From an uncultured Candidatus Poseidoniales archaeon (GTDB taxonomy: Archaea; Thermoplasmatota; Poseidoniia; Poseidoniales; Thalassarchaeaceae), in NCBI GenBank assembly GCA_964645485.1, contig CAZXZO010000015.1:29210-43965 (forward strand): a stretch of DNA of 14,756 bases. The letters are read 5' to 3'. The notes below the pieces were generated by a model. It worked only from the letters and a program-made list of their open reading frames with translations, was not told the origin of the DNA and made no database searches. The position numbers were made by a program, and so were the translations under genes. This document shows, piece after piece, positions 13,083-14,756 of this stretch. Position 1 is the first letter of the stretch, and each line of letters starts with the position of its first letter.

Positions 13083-14756
13083 ATGACCATCACTGCTGCA
13101 CGAGAAGTCATCGACTTTGTTTATCGCAGAGTCGATGAGGTCAGTGAAACTCTAGAAAGAAAACTCGGTATGGCATCTGTTGTCATCATTTCACTTTCAG
13201 CAATGCTGGGCTCGGGCCTGTTTGTTTTACCTGCTCTAGCAATGTTAGACATGGGAGGAGGCACAACCCCTGTCGGCGGCATTTGGTTGGCTTACTTGGT
13301 GGCAGCGCTTATTGTACTGCCTGGAGCCATTTCCAAAGCAGAGTTAGCGACTGCAATGCCATCATCTGGCGGTTCTTATGTCTATATAGAACGTACATTT
13401 GGACCTTTGATTGGTACAATCTCAGGATTAGGCCTATGGGCAAACTTCATGCTCAAATCTGCATTTGCACTCATAGGATTCAAAGCCTACCTTTGGGTGT
13501 TGGAAAGTCTACTTAATATCACGATAAATATCGAATATGCTGCACTGATTTTGTTATTTTTAATTGTAATCATTAACATCTTGGGACTTAAGAGAATTAA
13601 GAAAGTACAAACGCCAATCGTTCTTACTTCAGTACTATTCCTATTCATAATTTGCATATGGGCAATTTTGACCATGGATTTAGATTGGAATGTGGTATTT
13701 TCAAAAGAGGCATATGGGGCAGGATGGAAGTCAGTTGCTCACACCTCTGCCTTTGTTTTCGTAGCCTATGCTGGTGTTACAAAAATTGCAGCAGTGGGTG
13801 GGGAAATAAAAGACCCAGGTCGGAACATTCCCTATGGCATTCTTATTTCTCTGCTCGTCAGTTGTGTGCTATATGTATCCATCTCTATTGTTATGGTAGC
13901 CGCAGTAGGGCCTATGGGGTACATGAATAATGGTGCGGCAAGAGAGGACCCCATCTATGTTTTTGCAAACGCTGTTGGTGGTGAAACTATTGGCATAATA
14001 GCTTCAATTCTAGCTGTAACCACCATGACTTCAATGGCTCTTGCTGGCATAATGGCTTCTTCTCGATTTCCATTTGCCATGGCGAGAGACAATTTGTTAC
14101 CAGAGGCTTTGGAAAATGTTCATCCAAAATATGAGACACCACACCTTGCAATCATAGGAACTGGAATCGCAATGGCTGTAGCAATCACCCTACTTCCTGT
14201 TGGAGATATTGCAAAACTGGCATCTGGTTTCAAAATAATGATTTTCATAGTTATTAACGGCTGTGTGATGGTCCTAAGGAGAGCATCAAAAACTCATTCA
14301 TGGTATGATCCAGAATGGAAATCACCTCTATATCCTATTTTCCAAATTATTGGAATCGTTGGAGGTATTGTGCTCATATATATGATGGGTGAAAAGGCCT
14401 TAATTGGTGCAGCAGCCTGTTGTTTATTTGGATTGATTACCTACTATTCCTATGGCAAGTCAAGAGCCCACCCAATGCTGACCCCATGGAGAACTGTAAG
14501 AACTGAATTTACAAATTCAGAACAGTATGAGCGAGAGAAGAGTTGGTTGGTATTCCATGCATCCTGTAGCAAGGCACAACCAGACCACCTCACACTCCAT
14601 GAGTTCATTCACGCAATGGAAGTCCTATCCCCTAAAATGGAGCATTTCCACCTAAGAAATCTATTTCATGAGATTGATGAAAATGGTGATGGAGTCATTG
14701 ATGTTAATGAATTCTTAGAATCATTTGACGCTGGAAAGATGCAAAGCGAAGAATAA
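13083..14756 (+). CDS. APC-superfamily amino acid permease with C-terminal EF-hand domain (complete; stop TAA at the window end)
   Basis: TM1 SAMLGSGLF, AELATAMPSSGGSYVYIERTFG, TM6 FVFVAYAG...GGEIKDPGRNIP, SSRFPFAMARDNLLP, HPKYETPH, PLYP; about 12 hydrophobic segments. Canonical EF loop DENGDGVIDVNE at 14676-14711. Confidence 0.93.
   Translation: MTITAAREVIDFVYRRVDEVSETLERKLGMASVVIISLSAMLGSGLFVLPALAMLDMGGGTTPVGGIWLAYLVAALIVLPGAISKAELATAMPSSGGSYVYIERTFGPLIGTISGLGLWANFMLKSAFALIGFKAYLWVLESLLNITINIEYAALILLFLIVIINILGLKRIKKVQTPIVLTSVLFLFIICIWAILTMDLDWNVVFSKEAYGAGWKSVAHTSAFVFVAYAGVTKIAAVGGEIKDPGRNIPYGILISLLVSCVLYVSISIVMVAAVGPMGYMNNGAAREDPIYVFANAVGGETIGIIASILAVTTMTSMALAGIMASSRFPFAMARDNLLPEALENVHPKYETPHLAIIGTGIAMAVAITLLPVGDIAKLASGFKIMIFIVINGCVMVLRRASKTHSWYDPEWKSPLYPIFQIIGIVGGIVLIYMMGEKALIGAAACCLFGLITYYSYGKSRAHPMLTPWRTVRTEFTNSEQYEREKSWLVFHASCSKAQPDHLTLHEFIHAMEVLSPKMEHFHLRNLFHEIDENGDGVIDVNEFLESFDAGKMQSEE

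Noticed and set aside
1-14756. CRISPR array, tRNA/rRNA genes, transposases, integrases or defence systems
   Set aside because: No regularly spaced direct repeats, RNA-gene signatures or mobile-element/defence motifs seen; nearly all sequence is explained by protein-coding genes and short spacers.

Overview
Gene-dense archaeal chromosomal segment. It is most consistent with a marine Thermoplasmatota genome (Marine Group II / Ca. Poseidoniales; inferred from the archaeal-type AspRS, GGTGA/GAGG ribosome-binding sites, TATA-like boxes about 25-30 nt before start codons and a Thermoplasmata-style wHTH family). The left arm (minus strand) has a 601-aa membrane-anchored surface protein with a perfect (CCA)8 polyproline tract, a wHTH plus helical-repeat regulator, a bacterial-type SAM synthetase (metK) and the 5' part of a secreted Ig-like/glycosylated protein that the ORF track missed. 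The right arm (plus strand) has aspS, a 75-aa small protein and a tightly coupled five-gene run: Fmt-like formyltransferase, Tyr-less SDR, luciferase-like monooxygenase, class 3 (Rhizobium-type) asparaginase homologue with altered metal ligands, and an ALDH8/aminomuconate-semialdehyde-type dehydrogenase with a Cys-rich CCxSGCxPCVxD N-terminal tag. An APC amino-acid permease fused to a C-terminal EF-hand pair follows, with a perfect inverted repeat centred on its TATA box. The best candidate for an undescribed system is this five-gene operon plus permease, possibly a non-canonical route for aromatic amino acid (kynurenine-branch-like) or amide catabolism. All family calls come from motif recognition by eye; no database searches were run.
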